The notes: generated by a model from the letters alone, not told the origin. A DNA stretch of 64,000 nt from Octopus vulgaris (GCA_951406725.2 OX597817.1:19716001-19780000); one strand, 5' to 3'. Shown: positions 38,915 to 53,220, counted from the stretch's first letter. Numbers and translations: made by a program.

Positions 38915-39557
38915 TTACGCATGAGTCCGTGGTATGAAAGCTGCTTCACAAATACATGTTTTCAGTGTTAGAACTCTACATCGCACATGGAGCAAATGAT
39001 TTCCACCATAGCTGATGGTTAACCCAAACCTTGTGAATAGATTTGGTTGGTGCAAACAAAAGAATCCTGTCATGCCCACACGAACGCATACACACACACA
39101 CGCACACACACACAGACACGCACATACATACAAACACACAGCTTACTTCTCAACTACATGATTCTGGTTCAGTCCCACTGCGTGGCAACTTGCGCAAGTG
39201 TCTTCTTCTATAACCTCAGTCCAACCAAGGACTTGTGAGTGGATTTGTTAAAAGGAAACTGAAAGAAGCCTGCCGTATATATGCACATATGTGTGTGTAT
39301 GTGCGTGAGTTTGTACGTGTGTATGCGTGTATGTGTGTATGTATATATTTATTTGTCTGTGTTTGTCCGCACCATCGCTTGACAACCGATGCTGGTGTGA
39401 TTACGTCCCTGTAAATTAGCGGTTCGGCAAAAGATACCGATACATTAAGTTCTAGGCTTACAAAGAATAAGTCCTAGGGTGAATTTGCTCGACTAAAGGC
39501 GGTGATCCTGCATGGCTGCAGTCAAATGACTGAAACAAGTAAAATAGTAAATAGTAA
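38915..39557 (+). mobile_element. SINE family B: an old partial head followed by a second, more complete copy
   Basis: 38915-39075 is a degenerate head; 39150-39557 aligns to 8520-8900. Confidence 0.85.
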
Positions 39558-39811
39558 TGAGATTTATTAAGTTGAGGAAAATGTTCGTGTGCCGTGTTAA
39601 AATAATGCTTTTTTGTATATTTTTGTGGTATGTGTGTTCATTCAGTTCATGTTATGTTCAATGGTGACTATCAGCGCAAGAACTTTGTTTTTCAACTTAG
39701 TATATATAGACAATTCAGACAGACAATCAATTCAAATAAACAAATAAAATCAACGGACAAGAAGACGTGCACAAGGAATATATTTGTTTGACGATCGGTA
39801 AAAAGATATTG

Positions 39812-39846
39812 CTTTGACGTTTCGAGCATAACTCTTCCTCAGAAAG
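39812..39846 (-). ncRNA. Minimal type I hammerhead ribozyme, Penelope-type
   Basis: CTTT-CTGAGGA-A-GAG ttatg CTC-GAAA-CG-TC-AAAG. 4-bp helix I, short helix II, palindromic ACGT helix III, GUC triplet. (TA)n starts about 70 bp to the right. Confidence 0.8.
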
Positions 39847-39912
39847 GAAAAAGGGAGAAGTCCAATTGCTAACAGTACTTGTGTAGTTACATTGTTGAAG
39901 TATATACATACG

Positions 39913-39966
<54 letters not shown>

Positions 39967-40117
39967 CCTAACCGATGCATCTATCTATACTCACATTCTG
40001 TAAAATGAAATGATCGTAAATGCCACCCTCATTCTCTGTTTCTTACTTCTTTGTTACCTATTTAATTAAAGATATGCTAGCGTAAACCATGAGTTTCCCA
40101 TTGTTATTATATCCATT

Positions 40118-40175
<58 letters not shown>

Positions 40176-40194
40176 CGTGTGTGTATGTGTGTGC

Positions 40195-40236
<42 letters not shown>

Positions 40237-40254
40237 TCGTGTGTGTATGTACTT

Positions 40255-40480
40255 TTATGTATCTTTGTGTTTGTGTTTGTCCATCGCAATGGCTTGACAA
40301 TCAGCCTTTATTTGTTTATGTCCACATAACAAAGTAAAGGTTCTTCGAAAAGACCGATCAAGTTAGTACCAGTCTAAGAACCACTATAAGTGCGGAGTTT
40401 CGTGTTGCTCGAATAAACCCTTCAAGGTATCACCCCGGATTGGCTACTGTCAAACAACTATAACAAAGTGAAAGGTAGAA
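40255..40480 (+). mobile_element. SINE family B 3' half, degenerate
   Basis: gtgtttgtcc..gcttgacaa..aaaagaccgat..gtaccag..ccttcaagg follows a compound microsatellite. Confidence 0.7.
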
Positions 40481-42014
40481 GATAATATGCATGTGTGTGT
40501 GAGCTTGTGTGTGTGTGTATGTGTGTGTGTGTATGCATGTGCGTGTGTATGTACAATAATACACACAGGCAAAGGAACGCACGATTTGCACATATTCATC
40601 CTTTGATAAACATTTAATTACAAACCTACACGCATGCATAATCTGTTGTGTCACACTTCATGACCTCTTTTCCGTTTTTGCTTATTTCTATGAATCTCAG
40701 ATTTTGGAAAGGAACATTTCATACACTTTTAATTCAGTTGTACACTGAATTTTGAGTTGTAGTTTGAAAACTTAGCATGTAGTCATATTTACTCCCTTTA
40801 TCTTCCTTTCTGTTGCCAACGAATGTCAAATGTTTAAAAGATTAATTTACTTATATTCTCTGGATTGTATAATTATATTCCCCTTCCATTTATTTGCTAT
40901 TTCATTGGTTTTCCCCGAGAAATTGCTTATATAATTATCAATTTAATACTAAATTACATATTGACGTATAAACGTATGATTATTATTTAAAAATGAAATT
41001 ACCATCATTACCAGATTAACTGAGAAGATGAGGGGATCATTTTGTACTCTTTATTTGAATGCGAAACCCCGTAACAGTATATTATTGTCTGTACGGGGGA
41101 AATTTATCGCCTTATATATTTTGTGTTCGCTCTGTTAATGTAATGGAATTTGATATGACATACGTTCACATTAGCTCTCAGCTATGATATCTGCATCTGT
41201 TTCTGACAGATAACGAATAGTTTGAAGCATGCTTATTTCCCCAGCAAATGAAGTATTTCAAAATGTATATAAATGTACAGTTGTCTCGGGTTATCTTCTA
41301 ATAACGCTGGTTCTTAATTTAAAATTTACTTATACCTCCTTTTGCAAGCTGTCATATGTTAATTCAATTGAGTACGCATTCGTGACGTCGAAGAATATTT
41401 AGTTAGCATATACAATGTTTATATAAATGTGAGTGTTTTTATAACTCTCTGTGCATGTGATTGTGTATGCATGCGTGTGTTTGAAATATATAGCATATTG
41501 TAGTTTAAGGCCATTACTATCAAGTATTGACTCTCTTTCACATAATCTATTTCTCCATACAGCTTATCTGTCGTTCCCCAAATTATCAGATCTTCATATG
41601 CATTATCGATACACTATCATCATAAAACCTTCATATTTCTGATCTAGCAACTTTAATAATAATTTTTAGTGGAGTGACTAATTGATATCAATATAGCCAG
41701 CGTAACATACGACCCAAGGGTATATTTTATTTAACTTTAATATTTCAATCGTCCAAACCGCCTATTAACTTGAATCTTTTGGTTATAGATTTTACGTTTG
41801 AATATATACGTTAAAAGATGCATGGTTATTGTATCATTGATGTCTTACTGTTACTACACTCTATGACATTTCAGCAAATTTACATACAGGAAAGCACAAT
41901 GCCACGCGAAATTTCACTTTTGACAGTGAACCCTTTATCTCGAGAGTTAAGCATTCAGTACGTTTAGTAAAATGAGGTATATTGAATTACACAAATCGCA
42001 CACTTCATAAATAT

Positions 42015-42120
42015 GTGTGTTACTGTGAGAAATCACAATATAAATTCTAATACTACGCTAAGATTTGTGAGTTACTGTGAGAAGTCATAATATAAATTAT
42101 AATACTACACTTCTAATTTG
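42015..42120. repeat. Tandem duplication, 52-bp period, 2 copies
   Basis: gttactgtgagaa(a/g)tca(c/t)aatataaatt(c/a)taatactac at 42019 and 42071. Confidence 0.9.
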
Positions 42121-42778
42121 AACGTCTAGGTGAAAGTATATTTATTGCCCGTATATAGAAATAAGTAACTCTGCTAACTTGCCCAGATTTAAACACCACA
42201 ATTACGACGAGTACTGCAATAATCGGGTCTTATATATTATAATATGTTAAGCAAATGCTTTAATGCCCAGCAAATACAGGTCGTTATGTTATATAGATTA
42301 GATAGATATTTCTGCAGCAGTCGTTCAATTTAACACCCACTGCTACATTCAATATTATTTTCTTACCATCATGTGGTTTCTCCGTTATCTGTCGAACTTC
42401 CTTCTCATCTGCCAGCCATAATGAAAATTGATGGTTGGTCAGATAATGCAGTCGCTTGGATAAGTAATTTTACCTTATAAAATATTTAAGACAACCTTAT
42501 TAAGTATTAAACACCTTAATGGATATAATATCTATCACTAAGTTCCTATTGTCAGTGCTTCTTCCCCCAATTATTTTTGTTGTGTCTAACTTATTCCTAC
42601 TCAATCATTATATAAGAAAATTTTCAGACTAATATGGGCTATTATTTTGAATTTGAGTCTTTCATACATACAAATACTCAGAAGTACATTATGTATTAAA
42701 CAAATTTACTACAGCTAAGCAAGGATGAAAAGAAATGCACTGACATTTGTATGCGCGTGTGTGTGTATGTTTAGATTA

Positions 42779-42826
<48 letters not shown>

Positions 42827-42844
42827 AACGCACACTCGTATTTT

Positions 42845-43058
42845 CTCTTCTACTCTAGGCACAGGGCCTGAAATTTTGGGGGAGTGGGCCAGTCGATTAG
42901 ATCGAACCCAGTACGCAAATGTTACGTAATTTATCGACCCCGAAGGGGTGAACGTCAAAGTCGACTTCAGCAGAATTTGTACTCAGAATTTAAATACAGA
43001 CGAAATACAGCTAAGCATTTCGCCCGGCGTGCTAACGTTTCTGCCAGCTCACCACATT
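42845..43058 (-). mobile_element. SINE family A variant with an alternative tail
   Basis: Family A head and centre (gaccccgaagg..aaagtcgacttcagcagaatttg..cgcccggcgtgctaacgtttctgccagctc). Its tail ctaggcacagggcctgaaattttgggg is also seen at about 3045. Confidence 0.85.
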
Positions 43059-43244
43059 GGACAGACTTATATTTTAAACTTATTGCACAGGTTTTGTTTA
43101 GTTACGAGCTCACTACACAAAAAAGGATGAGTATGTGTTTGTATCAATACTTGTACAGATTCTGTGAAATTTTATGAGGCATCCTGCTAGGGAACTTTTG
43201 TACTTGATATTGCTTTACATCTTTCGAAGAAAAATACTATTGAC

Positions 43245-43290
<46 letters not shown>

Positions 43291-43959
43291 ATGTATATAT
43301 ATGTATGTATATATGTATATATTTATATGTATATATGTATATATATATTTATATTGATATACACATATATATATATAATGAGATCTAATCGATCGTTGTA
43401 AAACTGCTAGTTAGATTCCAGGATATTCTCGGCATGTATAGATTATCCAACTCGAGACTAAATCGATCAATTAAAATTTATTAACCAAATGCAATTTGAG
43501 TTGGGAGTTGCGTCAACTTCACTTGAGAAGAAAACCATGCTGAAACACCCGTCATTGACTGGGTTGAAAACGCTGCCAAAGTTTCACTATGAATATTTAA
43601 AGTTATTCACTTAGATTCTACTGAACGAATATAAGAAATGGTTGTTAACTTTTATGTAAACTGTAGAACTGTTTTCTTCTGGCTAATATCATCATGGATG
43701 CATATAAACTTCTGATCTATGATCTATAGTATTTCAGTCTATACATGAAGTAAACTTCACACAGACTTTAGCTTATGTCTAGTAGAAGATAAGTAGATAA
43801 ATTTTCGGGGAAAACTATGTACATATGTATAATCTGTAATTTATTGAACTTCAGTATTACAAGAAATAGAAATACAAATAGCTTTTCTTAGACGAATATA
43901 GTTTTGACAATATCCATCCAAAGTTATTAATCAGTCTGCAAATTTTAGTTTGTTGATCC

Positions 43960-45830
43960 CATGGTAAAAAAATTCCTTATAGATAATGTTTCGGATTTTA
44001 CCAGTCGGGGCAAAATTGAAAATATTGTTCTTCCGCCAAAAAGTCCTCTTCTAATTGGAAACCAGCAACTTTGAAAATTTGGCCTTGGGACTTATTAATG
44101 AACATTGCAAGAGACAGATGTATTGGAAATTGAAGTTATTTTAACTCGAAGTACATATTGGAATGTGTTAAAGCTAAACGAGAAATAAAAACATGTTCAC
44201 CTTTTCCAAAGCTAGAATTTTTTGTGGCCTGCATGACATTTCTCTTTACTTTCTTGGCAGGTGTTGTGCCATAGCGTAGCTTTGGTTAAGAAAGGTTGCA
44301 CAGAAGCATGATTAGAGCGCCTATTGGAAGGTAATAAGGAGGAGCTACTGGTTGCTGCAGTGGATTTATAAACTCAACCGGGTAATTGACTAATTCTTAT
44401 TCACCCACAACAGAGTCATAGATTTGTAAGTATGTTCGTTTCCAGCTAAAAATTTCTTGAATCTTTCATTTAAATTTCTCACAGTAACGTTCTTTCGAAC
44501 TATGATTGCTCTTTCGCAAAACCAAGCAGCATTTGTGTTAGTTGAAATTATATTTGGAAACTTTTGCAATAAGTTCCTCTACTGAGCTGACGGAGGTGCA
44601 GATTTTTGACGTATACAAGTCTCTTTCATGGTTGATATCTAGCATTCCTTCTCCAAGTTGCAAAATAGTATGGGCAAATTGTTCCAACAGGTGACCCCCA
44701 GGAAAATGTGTCCTCATATTTGCAGAAAGTTTTAAAACTTTGATATGTTTCGATAGAATAAAAGATTTCAAGCATGCTTTCAATTCGTCCTCCTTTGTTC
44801 CCCTCGTAATCATTGGCAATTTTCTTCTGAAATCACCTGAAACTACAGCTGTTACACGTCGCATCAAACCTTAGTCGAGCACATACAGCAGAATTCTGTT
44901 AACAGCTTCTATTGAATTTTTATGGGGCATTGTAGCTTCGTCCTAAAGAACAATACATGAGAACTTGAGCTAAAGAAGTACTTTTATTAATATTGCATAC
45001 GGGTTCATCATTTGAAGTTAGTTTGAATAGCAGCTTTAATGCTGTGTGAGCTGTTCGACATCCCGTGAGTAAAGTCGGAGCAATTCCAGAGCTCGCTACA
45101 GCTAAGGCTACTTCCATTTTCTGCCGGACTAAATTTGTAACAAAAGTTTTTTTTCCGGTTCCTGCAGGTGTGTCTAAAAAATATGATCACTCTCCCTTAT
45201 TTGTCACTTGATCAATCATTGTTGCATATGCAAGTTGATGGTCTGGCAAATTTTTCTGGATATTTTCTTCAGGGAATCTTGTTAATGAATCAATATCGTA
45301 TGAGCTTTCTCGCAAAAATTCTGTGATCAAATTATTCACATTTCGATGAATTTCAAGTAAGCCAAACTTATCGAGCTCCTCCCCTCTCATTGAGGCAACG
45401 CTATCTTCAATATTAACCAACGCAGAATTGTATATGTCATCGGCGAATGCAATTTTTTTCTCAGGGAATATCAATTGTGCTTCATATTTGTAGTGTCCTG
45501 ATAAATCATTCTTATATTTGTGCTACAACGCCACTGAATTACTTACTTCACAATTCAGGAGAAATTCCTAAAAGATCTCTCAAAGAAATAGATGTGCGTG
45601 ACACTGAAGCCTCAGCCATTGTTCTATCGCACTGGCTGTCATCTTCTAATAAATTTAAGGCTAAACGGGATTCTCTAAAAGTACACATAGTTTGACCGTC
45701 AATCGGTCTGAGGAAGTCGGTCGTCATATTTCGTGAAAAAGTAGCCTCAGAAAGAAACATTAATAGTGAATTGGATGCACGGATAAATCGGAGCAACTTC
45801 TTCCGATTGTCGAGTCAAATAATTTTATAC
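43960..45830 (-). pseudogene. Helitron PIF1-type helicase (Rep/Hel C-terminal half), decayed
   Basis: GQTMCTFRESRLALNLLEDDSQ, Walker A remnant GTGK, ALAVASSGIAPTLLTGCRTAHTALKL, SGDFRRKLP..ACLK, LSANMR, QFPIHLSLAMFINKSQGQ and terminal NIIYKE. Confidence 0.93.
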
Positions 45831-45909
45831 TTGTGTGACCTTCAACGTCAGCTCCTTTAATTTCTTATAGCGGTATAAAGTAATTGATGTCATTACAGTT
45901 ACACGCACA

Positions 45910-45959
<50 letters not shown>

Positions 45960-46499
45960 CACAACGACACACATGTGTGTCTTATATTACACGCATGGCA
46001 TACATACAGAAGAGTGCCCCACCGAATTTTTTTCGTCCTATGTTTAGGAAAAATGAATATATTCAAATAAAAAAATATGTATAAATATGCTGAAGTGAGA
46101 TAGGAAAATGGCCGCTGATCTCATAAATGCTGATGTGGAATGCGTGATACAAAGGGAAAATGTTGGAGTGAAATCTAAGTCACAGCTTTCTATTCTGAAG
46201 ATAAGCAGATAATAAAAAGAAACTGATCTTCTACAGTTCATGTTGTGGAGTTATGCACCGAATTAAAGAAAAGTGATCTGCTGCAGATCTATATATAGAA
46301 TGAATGCAAAATAATACTTATTAAGTAATAATGATAGCAAAATGAAGTAATGGAGCTCATTACAGTTATACACCCCCCACACACATACACGCACACACGC
46401 ACACGCACATTATTACCTGTGTCGCTATATATTACATACGGCATACCTCCAGAAGATTAATCCTATAAAAATTATGTCCCTGAAGCAGGTTTTTCATCT

Positions 46500-48085
46500 T
46501 TAATTTGGTTAAATTTGGCCTCACAGTAATCCTCCTTAAATCGTGCAAACGTGCCCGGGCAAAATCACAACAGATTCTCTTCTCGCGTTTTCTTGCAAAT
46601 GGCAAGGTAGCAAGCGAACTGAAGCAGGGAATAATTTACCCAATCCATAAAAGAGGAAGCAAAGCAAATGCCAAAAATTATAGGCCTATCTCTCTGACTT
46701 CACACATTAGCAAAGTCGTCGAACGAATAGTCAGAGGAGAATTAATCGCATTCCTTGAAGAAAACGAGTTGCTGAGTTATACCCAACATGGTTTTCGACC
46801 AGGTAGGAAATGCCTGACAAAGCTCCTACAGTATTATGACTGGCTGCTGAAGTGGTTACTCGACAATTCAACATGGATGTACTATAACCTGACTTTGCAA
46901 AACACTTTTGATAAAGTTGATCACGGTAGGTCACAAACTACGCGATTTTGGCATATCTGGAAAACTTGGAGAATGTTTAGGTACGTGACTTTCTGAAAGA
47001 CAGAGGTCAGACAGTCGTGGCCGACGGAGCCACCTCGAAAGAAACACAAATAGTGAGTAGTGTTTCACGGGGTACTTTCTTGGGACTACTGCTTTTCATA
47101 GTGGTCCTCTCAGATATGCCTTCATCTGCCCCGATAGCCACCCTTGTTAGCTACGAATCCGATATGAAAGTCTCGTAGAAAATAAAAAACCCTAGCGATT
47201 TTGCGTGCTTCCGGCAAGAGTTGGCCGCAATTTACAGATGAGCTGTGGATAATAACGTGCAGTATAATGCTGGAAAATTCCAAGCTCTGCGCTACCAACT
47301 CCCAAAACTGAACGATAAACGTATTGTGTACACTGGCCCAGAGGGATTACCATCCCCAACCCTAAATCAGTGCGTGACCTGGATATCGACATGGGTGATG
47401 ATACCTCTTTTCAAGTGCACATTACCAAGATGACGACAAAGGGTAGACGGCTAGCTGGGTGGTTCCTGAGTACCTTCAAAATGAAAGAGTAGAAAACCAT
47501 GATGGCTCTCTAGAGGAAAGTTGTCCGCAACCACCTGGACTACTGCTCCCAACTCTGGCCACGCCACAGTGTAAAATTAACAGCAGACCTTGAAGCAATC
47601 CAACCAAGCTTCAGAAAGAAGATCGCCGTACTGTATCAGCTCAGCTACTAGGAAACGCTAAAATAGCTAAGACTCTACTCCCTGGATCGACGGCGAGAGA
47701 CATATGCAGTAATATACCTCTGGAAGTTCCCGGCACGGATTGTGCCAAATTTTGTCATTCAAAGCTACAGGAATGCCAGAACGGGTCGCCACTGCGCAGT
47801 GCTAATGATCCCGACCATGCTGTCGCTCTTCAAGACCAATTATTGCAACAGCCAGTGTTTCAAGGGCCCATATATTTTCTAATATTCTCCGAAAGAGACC
47901 GAGGAACCTATGCAAACTGGATAGAGGTGTTTTCAAAACAAAACTGGATGTCTTTTTGTCGAGAGTTTCAGATGAACCTCGTGGCAAAAGGCGTGAATGA
48001 CGGTAGCGACATCAAACTCCCTTATTCACCAAATGCAATATATTAAATGAGGTTCTCAGTAATAACAGTGTAGCAAAACGGTGTT
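46500..48085 (+). mobile_element. 5'-truncated CR1-group LINE (RT and C-terminal region), decayed
   Basis: IYPIHKRGSK..KNYRPISLTSHISKVVE, QHGFRPGR, FDKVDHG, VSRGTFLGPLLF, YESD (decayed YADD), LDYCSQLW, LYSLDRRRER. Confidence 0.92.
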
Positions 48086-48419
48086 CCTGATGTGTTAATG
48101 ATACGGAAATTTAGACTCTGGGATTTTGTAATATATTATTTGTTTAAGTATATGGTCTCCGGCGATGTACTTTTATTATATATTCATGTGCACGATAGGA
48201 TGTGTACATTGGCTCATGTAGTACATGAGCCAATGTACAGATGTGGCATATGTATTCCTGTTAGGTTTATTCTCTTATATATTTGCTGTATTATATTTGT
48301 GTCAGAATTCTATGAAAGCTTGGTCCAGTGGCCTATTAGAGTATCAGCTGTAAGGTACTATCATGTTTTAATTCTGTGTATTTACTGCTGTAGAGCATTA
48401 TTTATTGAGGAGCATATAA

Positions 48420-48615
48420 AACGCTCGTATAAACAGATGAAAAGACCTTGGATTCTCCACTCATATCAGCTTTCCAAATAGAGAGCAAAACGATACCAAA
48501 ACATAAACAAGCAATATACACTAGATACGTAGATGTGATATTAGCTGTAATAGATACACATAAGGAAATTGGGAGACTAAAGGAAGACTTAGAGAACGAC
48601 ATTCATAAAATTTGA
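48420..48615 (+). pseudogene. Penelope-like element RT fossil
   Basis: YKQ, then LDSPLISAF (cf. MGSPL) in another frame, then ESKTIPKHKQAIYTRYVDVILAVIDTHKEIGRLKEDLE (cf. KP.IY.RYVDDI..E..LK..FE). Order and spacing fit PLE RT motifs. Confidence 0.6.
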
Positions 48616-49253
48616 TATCCAAAATAACAGAATTGAAACACCTTTTTACGCATAAATATACATGCCGAAGGTAACTGATACATTACGTCAGGATAAAACA
48701 CAGAATCATGCAAATGCATACACATACACGGATACAGTTAGTGCCCATGCATTTATTATTTGTCAGTAGCAATGTGACTCCTCAGCCTTTTCACTCTTGT
48801 GTTGCGTAAGTTCAGCTCAGTTCAAGTAGAATATATTTTTCTCATGCTGTTGCAACATTTTCCTTTTACCTTGGTGACGTTCTTCACCTTATGAAGAGAA
48901 GATAGATTTATCTTTGCTTTGTTTACTGTCATACCATATCTTTCTCGATACATTTCGTGGAAGATCTTCTTTGAGTGATATCTATATTTTTTTCCTTCTG
49001 TTTTTGTAGAATTGCTTTTATTTTTAAATATGTTTTCCTAATTGAAGCTACGATACAAGTGGTGTTAAAATCTGATGTAGTTGTGCCCTGTATTTAGGAT
49101 TTTCCTAATTCAAATTTACAACTACCCCACTATTCGTAGTAATAAAATTGTTTTAAAATACGTATCTAGGAGCTTAAATATAAGTAGTTAAATGTATGGT
49201 AAGTACTCGAGTATAAAAATGAAGAAAATAAAATTTAAAGATAATTACGTTAA

Positions 49254-49788
49254 GGGTGACTTTATATTCATATAGAAAAGGGAATAATTTCTAAGAAGCT
49301 CGTGCAGTTGGTTACAATATAGAATGTGGATGGAAGCACTCCGTCGGTTACGACGATGAGGGTTCCGGTTGATCCGAATCAACGGAACAGCCTGCTCTTG
49401 AAATTAACGTGTAAGTGGCTGAGCACTCCACAGGACGTGTAACCTTAACGTAGTTCTCGGAGATATTCAGCGTGACACAGAGAGTGACAAGGCCGGCCCT
49501 TTGAAATACAGGTACAACAGAAATAGGAAGTAAGAGTGAGAGAAAGTTGTGGTGAAAGAGTACAGCAGGGATCACTACCATCCCTGCCGGAGCCTCGTGG
49601 AGCTTTAGGTGTTTTCGCTCAATAAACACTCACAACGCCCGGTCTGGGAATCGAAACCGCGATCCTATGACCGCGAGTCCGCTGCCCTAACCACTGGGCC
49701 ATTGCGCCTCCACTGGGTGATTTTATAGTTATATAGAAAAGGGAATAATTCCTAAGAAACTCATGCAGTTGGTTACAATATAGAATGT
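49254..49788. repeat. 74-bp direct repeat (49254-49327 and 49715-49788) flanking a SINE
   Basis: Manual alignment: 68/74 identical, no indels. Confidence 0.92.
49328..49713 (-). mobile_element. tRNA-derived SINE family D1, near full length
   Basis: Minus-strand head gtggaggcgcaatggcccagtggttagggcagcggactcgcggtcataggatcgcggtttcgattcccagaccgggcg with A and B boxes; LINE-like tail ending gacggagtgcttccatcc. Confidence 0.9.
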
Positions 49789-50127
49789 AATACACTGAAC
49801 AATAACAGTGTGTTAAATGTTATTTTATGTGGAAGAAAGTATAACCAATGAATCGTAATTGCCGCTGAGCGGTTCAATGATCTTTGTCTGAATAATCAGA
49901 GTGATTGATAAAAATAATAAATAAATAAATAAAATAATAGAGCGTTTGATATTGGTTCAGAACTCCCACATTAAAAGCAAAAGAAAATAATTGGCCACGT
50001 ACGCACACACACACACACACACGCATATATATAACTACATTTCCATACATAAATATATACATACTTATATATATATATCTAAATATCTATTAATATATGT
50101 AAATGTATATACATGCATGTGCGTGTG

Positions 50128-50716
<589 letters not shown>

Positions 50717-50855
50717 TATATATATATATATATATACATAGGTGACTGTCTGATATTGCCTCCCTTTTCGTGGTCCTAAACCTTTTGAGGTATTATTACA
50801 TGTTACTGTTTTTTTTTCTAGCAAACACACACATACACACACACATATACACACA

Positions 50856-50945
<90 letters not shown>

Positions 50946-51299
50946 GACGGGAGATATTGGTGTAAATAAGCACGCTTGGACTTGATATATAAATAATACA
51001 AACGTAAATATGTATGTGGATATATATATGAACAGAGAGAAAAACTGAAAATATTCAGAAGATAAATACTATTGCATAGGCAGTTAGATATTTATATACT
51101 GACAGAACAAATTTACATGAGATACAAAGAAAAAAACATAAAGTACGAGGGTTTTACGTCCATATATGTATGTGTGTGTTTCTCTGTGTGTGTGTCTGTG
51201 TCTGTGTGTTTATGTGTTCATACTAGTAAGAGAGAATAGTCATAGCCAGCAGCTATGTACGAGTCATTGATTCACTGGGTAGATTGCACCTGCTCCCAG

Positions 51300-51760
51300 T
51301 ATAGAGAATAATATTTCTGCTTGGAACTTCGTCTTTTACTAATCGATTTATTTTTGGGTTCGAACTTTGAACAGTCGTTTATTGAGTATCCTGAAAATCC
51401 TCGGTTTTGTGGAGTGATCTGCCTTCGCATACATTCTTTTATCGGGAATAGTGTAAGCTTAAATAAAAGAAAAATATTCACCAAATTCAGAGTCTGTTTT
51501 ATAATCCTAATGCTTGAAAGATCACGTTCCGTCTCACTAGCTTCAAGTTGATACAACTCTTCAATCCTTTTACAGAAGTTGAAAGCCATTTCTGGATTAT
51601 CCAAATAATGTGTACTTTTTTGCATATCTTTTTGGGAAGAAGCCACGAGAGGTGATTCATCAAAGAATCATTTCACTAATGCACTTGTCATGACATTTTC
51701 TAGTGGAGTTGAAATTAGAGGTGTCCAGCAAGCTAAAACTATCTCTTTCGCAGCTATGTT
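51300..51760 (-). pseudogene. Possible decayed hAT transposase C-terminal dimerisation region
   Basis: PEMAFNFCKRIEELYQLEASETERDLSSIRIIKQTL loosely fits P....K....L..S.A..ER.FS....IK..LR. Confidence 0.3.
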
Positions 51761-53064
51761 CGAATAAATACTGTACACAGAAATATTATGAAAATATTTG
51801 CAGTTAGTATTCACACGTTTTTATTCCATACGCAGCTGGAAATCAGGCCAACTGTCACTCACCAAAGGGGTCGTCGCATACATAATTTCCTGATACTGCC
51901 TTATTGATTCAGCAATGCTTCCTCTGACACTCATATGCATCTATTTTGCATACCCTATATTCCTTGTTTGATGGAGTCAAAATAAGTCAGTTGTGAAAAA
52001 TGAAAAATGCTATAAGTCAAATTATTTTCGTTTCCTTTTCAACTCCAAGCCTTTTACTGATGCTGTGCAAGTAGGACATACCTTGTAGAATCTATTTATG
52101 AAACTAGAAGATTTACTTCAATAGGTCTTAATTTACATAATCAGCTACATGAAAACTGGAAAATGCCAGAAATGCTTCCATTACTTTTTTAATAAAACAT
52201 TTAGTACGTGAGATCTAAATACAGAAACATAGACCGTTACGCATTTATGGCGCATGGATTTACAGTACTGTCCTTTGCTACCTATTGGCAATAATTTTCT
52301 CATATTCTTCAAAATGCTAATGTTTATGGTATCGCATTAAAGAATATAGTTTCAAGAACAGAAGATGTATTGTCAACATCTAGTTCTTTTGCTCAAGGTC
52401 AAATCATAATGTTATATCTGAACAGCGATCACTGACATTTTAACTGCACGATATTTATCCTGAAGATTACTTCTCATATATGTTAGGCGGTACAGATGTT
52501 ATAAATGAAAATATTCTACATTGCATTGAAGAAATTATTTCCGAATTCACTCGGAATGTCTAGAAAATTCATCTAAATTGTTTAACGACTGATTATGATT
52601 TATCCTTTCGTCCTCGTTCTCTTTTGCTTCATGGCATAATAGTCATCGGCTTAAACAATATTAAAAATGTACCAAATGCCTCAACATAACACATCACAAG
52701 AGCTTTTCCCGATCATATTATATCTCGAATGTCAACCAACATCACAAAGAGGCTGAAATTAAACATCAATTAGACTTTAGAGGTAATCACTACCGCATCT
52801 TTTGAGAAATAGAAAGCAAATATTGCTCTCATACAGCACGTCTGCTCTCGCGCTCCTACTGCATAACAGGTTAACTATATCACGTGTTATACTGCTAAAT
52901 GCTAAGAGGAACCATATCCGTATAGTTGCATCCTCACAGAATTTTTTTCTTTTGATTTGTAAATTTAGGAGGAGTTGGTAATTACTTCTAATGCATTAGT
53001 AATATGACAAATAACTGTATTTGATCTACACATATTTAGATGGGTGTGGATTTCCACTGACATA

Positions 53065-53220
53065 AAATCTCAGTACTTGATTCACTCGTTATCTTATCGG
53101 CCTCAAAATGATGAAATGCAAACTTGACATCAGCAGGATTTGAACTGAGAAGGTAAAAGCTGGAACGATTAAGGCAAAGCGTGCTTCCGACTTCCTAACG
53201 ATTCATACAACTCACCGACA
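53065..53220 (-). mobile_element. Old SINE family A copy
   Basis: ttatcggcctcaaaatgatgaaatgcaaacttgacatcagcaggatttgaactgagaa..aactcaccg. Confidence 0.65.

Noticed and set aside
49640-49713. tRNA gene on the minus strand
   Set aside because: It is the tRNA-derived head of a SINE; no proper acceptor stem, and it continues into SINE body sequence shared with 24.9 kb.
51272-51646. 124-aa ORF as a host gene
   Set aside because: Non-ATG start, a stop just upstream and no splice support; more likely a transposase relic.
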